64,000 nt of DNA from Mytilus edulis (lineage: Eukaryota). Where the stretch lies: contig NC_092350.1 in assembly GCF_963676685.1 (NCBI RefSeq), positions 12,896,001 through 12,960,000 on the forward strand, written 5' to 3'. Under the pieces are notes generated by a model, which saw nothing but the letters and a program-made list of their open reading frames with translations, ran no database searches and had not been told where the DNA came from. The position numbers and the translations under genes were made by a program. Of the stretch, positions 60,382-64,000 are shown one piece after another (positions within the stretch are counted from its first letter, which is position 1; each line of letters opens with the position of its first letter).

Positions 60382-61423
60382 ATGGCGACAGATTCGTCAT
60401 TTGAAGATCAAATCAAAAAAGCTTTATGGACTAAAGATGTGGACGCAATTCTCCGTTTGTGTGACGATAGTTCTCACAGGACAAGTATTCTAGGCTATAA
60501 AAAAGACGGAAAGCAATTAGTGCACTTTGCAGCTCAGTTTGGTTCTGTTCTCTTGCTTGACAAATTACGTGGATTTGGTTCTGATTTAAAACTTATAATT
60601 GATGATACATACGGATATCATCATGGTGGAGGTTCTACTCCTTTGCATATTGCATGTAAACATGGCAACATCGAAGTAGTTGAATACCTGCTTAAAACAG
60701 TACAAGACATTTCCTTCAACAATGTAGCGACTGTACAAGGTACATGTAGGAATAACAGGAATGCCTTTTACTATGCAGCACAGTCGGGAAATACTGAGGT
60801 TGTTAAATGTCTTCAAACGCTTGGAAAACTAAACATTAATGAAATACTACCGAATAATCATACAGCACTGTCAATATGTGTTGCAGAAAGGAATTCGAAA
60901 AGTGCTAAAATCTTATGCGAGTGTGGTGCAAATGTTAATCTTGGGAAGTTTGATAGAGGACTAAAACCTATTCAATATTTAGCAGAAAAACAGGGTAGTA
61001 GTGAAACAATGAAGGTCTTACTGAATTTCGGAGCAAACGTAAATGAACCGTGGGTGAAAATTGCGAGAAGATCGTGTTTACGACAGTCGCCTCTATTCAT
61101 GGCACTAAAACATGGCATCGGAGAGAATGCTAAAACCCTTATAGAATGTGGGGCAGACGTGTCATTTGTTGGACAAACTTCGAACATTGATATGGGTTCA
61201 ATAGGTTGTTTTAGTTTGGCAGCAAAGAGGTGCCCTGAGCTTATTTCGGATTTCTTGAAATACGGGGCCAATCCAAATGAAAGACACAATGGCAAATCTG
61301 TGTTGATGACTGTAATGGATGAGTATGCAGATAAAAGTGCGATACAAGCTTTAGTGGAAGCAGGGGCTGATGTCAACCAGCGGAAAAATGGTAAAACGCT
61401 CATACAATGCTGCCACAATTATG
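60382..61423 (+). CDS. Ankyrin-repeat protein, first coding exon (continues past the donor at 61424)
   Basis: TPLHIACKHGNIEVVEYLL, AFYYAAQSGNTEVVKCL, SPLFMALKHG, LVEAGADVN; donor G|GTAAGT. Confidence 0.9.
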
Positions 61424-62449
61424 GTAAGTTGTTCTAAATAATGATATCTTCATGAGTAAAACATGAAAGAAGAAATAATTCATTTAAGGTTGCAAGCTAA
61501 TGTATTACTTAAGGTTTATCATCATAATCTATCGGTGAATGTGACTGTTTTAACCTAAAACACGACATAAAATTATTTCGATACAGATCTAGACAAACCT
61601 TGCTGTGCACATTTAAAGCTTCAAGACATAGCTGGAACTAGTTTTTACCTCTCTTTAAAACTGTCAGAATAACTGTTATACGTTTTTTAGAACTGACATA
61701 CTCAGTTCTACGGTATAAATGTCGGAACAGAACAATACAGACAGTCAGACAGATATTTGCATTAACATAATAAAGAAATACTTTAAAATATACGGATCTT
61801 TCCAAAACTGTTTGTTTTAGAATTTTAGCAATAAAGAACTTTATTAATTTTGTTTAGACCTGTCAGAATCTGTTGTATGGTACAACTGTCTAAAACTGTT
61901 CTATGGTACTGCCGTTTCTGTCCAAAACTATTTTAAATTATAAATAAGAAAATGTGATATGATTGCCAATGAGACAATTCTCCAAAAGAGACCAAAATGA
62001 CACAGTTATTAACAAATATAGGTCACCCTATGGCTTTCAACATTGAGCAAATCCCATACCGCATAGTCAGCTATAATAATTATTGTCCGCACGACCTTAA
62101 ACAATGAGCCAATCCCATACCGCATAGTCAGCTATAATTAACAACTATTAATCACCGTACGACCTTCAACAATGAGCAAATCCCATATCGCATAGTTAGC
62201 TATAATTAACAACTATAGGTCACGTAAGAACTGTTCTACAGACTGTTGTAAAACTGTTCTCTGGACAGCTGATGACAGATATTTACAGAATTTAGAACTG
62301 ATCACAACTGGTTCATATGATTGCAGTTGCGTATCTAGGTCTATTTTACGTGCACGCCCTAACCTAGGAGGGTCCGGGTCAAAGCAATTACTGACAGTGG
62401 ATTCAAGGGAGCAAAACCAAAAAGTAAACATATCTTTTAAATTAGATTA

Positions 62450-63085
62450 ATATAACAAAGAAATGTGTAAAGTTTTAAGCAATAATCATAAATTATTTTT
62501 TGAGATACGACGCGACATGTAAAAAAAACCTCCCCCCTTTTTTACAAAATACTCAATAACTCAAAAATGAAATTTTGAATCATCACCAAAAAGTATACAG
62601 ATCTTAAGATTAATATAACTAAGAAGTGTGTAAAGTTTTAAGCAATAATCATAAATCGTTTTTGAGATACGGAGCGACATGTAAAAAAAACTCTCCCCCT
62701 TTTTTACAAAATACTCAATAATTCAAAAATGAAATTTTGAATCATCACCAAAAAGTATACAGATCTTAAGATTAATATAACTAAGAAGTGTGTAAAGTTT
62801 TAAGCAATAATCAAAAATCGTTTTTGAGATACAGTGCGACATGTGAAAAAAAACACACCCCTGTTTTAGTTACAAAGTGCCGTAATTCAAAAAGTTTTAA
62901 TCCTGTTTTCACCAAAAAGTATACAGATCATTTGACCATCATAAGAAACTTCTATAAAATTTGGATAAGTCGTTCTCAAGTTACTGTGCGACATGTTTAC
63001 GCCGGACAGACAGACGGACAGACGGACGGACGCAGACATCTGTATAACATAATACGTCCCGTCAAAATTTTGACGGGCGTATAAA
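62450..63085. repeat. Host repeat with ~176-bp internal tandem units and GACA/GACG microsatellite
   Basis: TGTGTAAAGTTTTAAGCAATAATCA recurs at ~62464, 62627 and 62790. Confidence 0.75.
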
Positions 63086-63321
63086 ACTGACCAGAAGCAA
63101 CATACTTTAGAATCTAGATGGTTTATTTTTATGTTAAATTATTCATTTTGTTAATTTCAGAAATATAATGGTCATTGGATTTAGAAAAAAATGTCCAAAC
63201 CAGTTACTTTTAAATACAATGTATGTTTAAACTTTTTATATCCAAATTTCGTAACTTGGATTCTGCTAAAAAATAAGTTATTGATCTGTAATAAACTTTA
63301 ACCCCAGACCGTAACTTATGA

Positions 63322-63945
63322 AATAAAATTGAGAATAGAAATGGGGAATGTGTCAAAGAGACAACAACCCGACCATAGAACAGACAACAGCAGAAGGTCA
63401 CCAAAAGGTCTTCAATGCAGCGGGAAATTCCCGCACCAGGAGGTGTCTTTCAGCTGGCACCTAAACAAATATATATACTAGTTCAGTGATAATGAACGCC
63501 ATACTAAACTCCAAATTGTACACAAGAAACTAAAAGTAAAAATAATACAAGACTAACAAGGGCCAGAGGCTCCTGACTTGGGACAGGCGCAAAAATGTGG
63601 CGGAGTTAAACATGTTAATGAGATCTCAACCCTCCCCCTATACCTCTAACCAATGTAGAAAGTAAACGCATAACAATACGCACATTAAAATTCAGTTCAA
63701 GAGAAGTCAGAGCCTGATGTCAGAAGATGTAACAAAAAAATAAAAAAATGACAATAATACATAAATAACAACAGACTACTAGCAGTTAACTGACATGCCA
63801 GCTCCAGACTTCAATTAAACTGACTGAAAGATTATGCCTTCATCATATGAATGTTAGGCACAATCTTTCCCGTTAGGGGTTTAGTATCATACCATCATAA
63901 CATATATGAGAAGAACATAACCCGTGTCATGCCAACAACTGTTTT
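63322..63945 (+). repeat. Host interspersed repeat
   Basis: AAAATTGAGAATAGAAATGGGGAATGTGTCAAAGAGACAACAACCCGAC; related fragments at ~27900 (+) and ~28110-28165 (-). Confidence 0.7.
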
Positions 63946-64000
63946 TTTTTTAAATTAGGCTTATTTTTGTCATTCTATGCTGTAGAGAAAAAAATGTAAG

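Noticed and set aside
60972-61418. 148-aa minus-strand ORF
   Set aside because: Antisense shadow of the ankyrin exon.
63161-63170. Second ankyrin-gene exon after TTTCAG
   Set aside because: In the required phase it stops after two codons; cannot be supported without transcripts.

Overview
AT-rich animal genomic DNA; the interspersed repeats look like bivalve (Mytilus-type) families, which is inference. The left 40% holds a complete Polinton/Maverick (adintovirus-like) endogenous virus at 2409..26444, with AGTAGT...ACTACT ends and a perfect 6-bp TSD (TTCCGG). It encodes intact pPolB, chromodomain integrase, packaging ATPase, adenain-like protease, and major and minor capsid proteins. Telomeric hexamers mark the inner edge of both TIRs. 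Its partly spliced accessory region, largely missed by the ORF track, encodes a type-I membrane protein, a PC4-like protein with SUMO-interacting-like motifs, a membrane-anchored PC4-like protein and a BC/SOCS-box-like protein. A 6.0-kb internal duplication around a 100-N gap is almost certainly an assembly artefact, so the collapsed element is about 17.9 kb. The element lies just downstream of the third exon, in what looks like an intron, of a minus-strand SABATH-like (Methyltransf_7) methyltransferase gene. That gene sits head-to-head with an intact 7-exon, 320-aa EgtD-like (Methyltransf_33) methyltransferase gene, a candidate small-molecule methylation gene pair in an animal. The rest is an ankyrin-repeat exon, a 3.4-kb 40-bp satellite, and LINE, Tc1, Penelope, SINE and MITE remnants. 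All domain calls come from motif recognition by eye; no searches were run.
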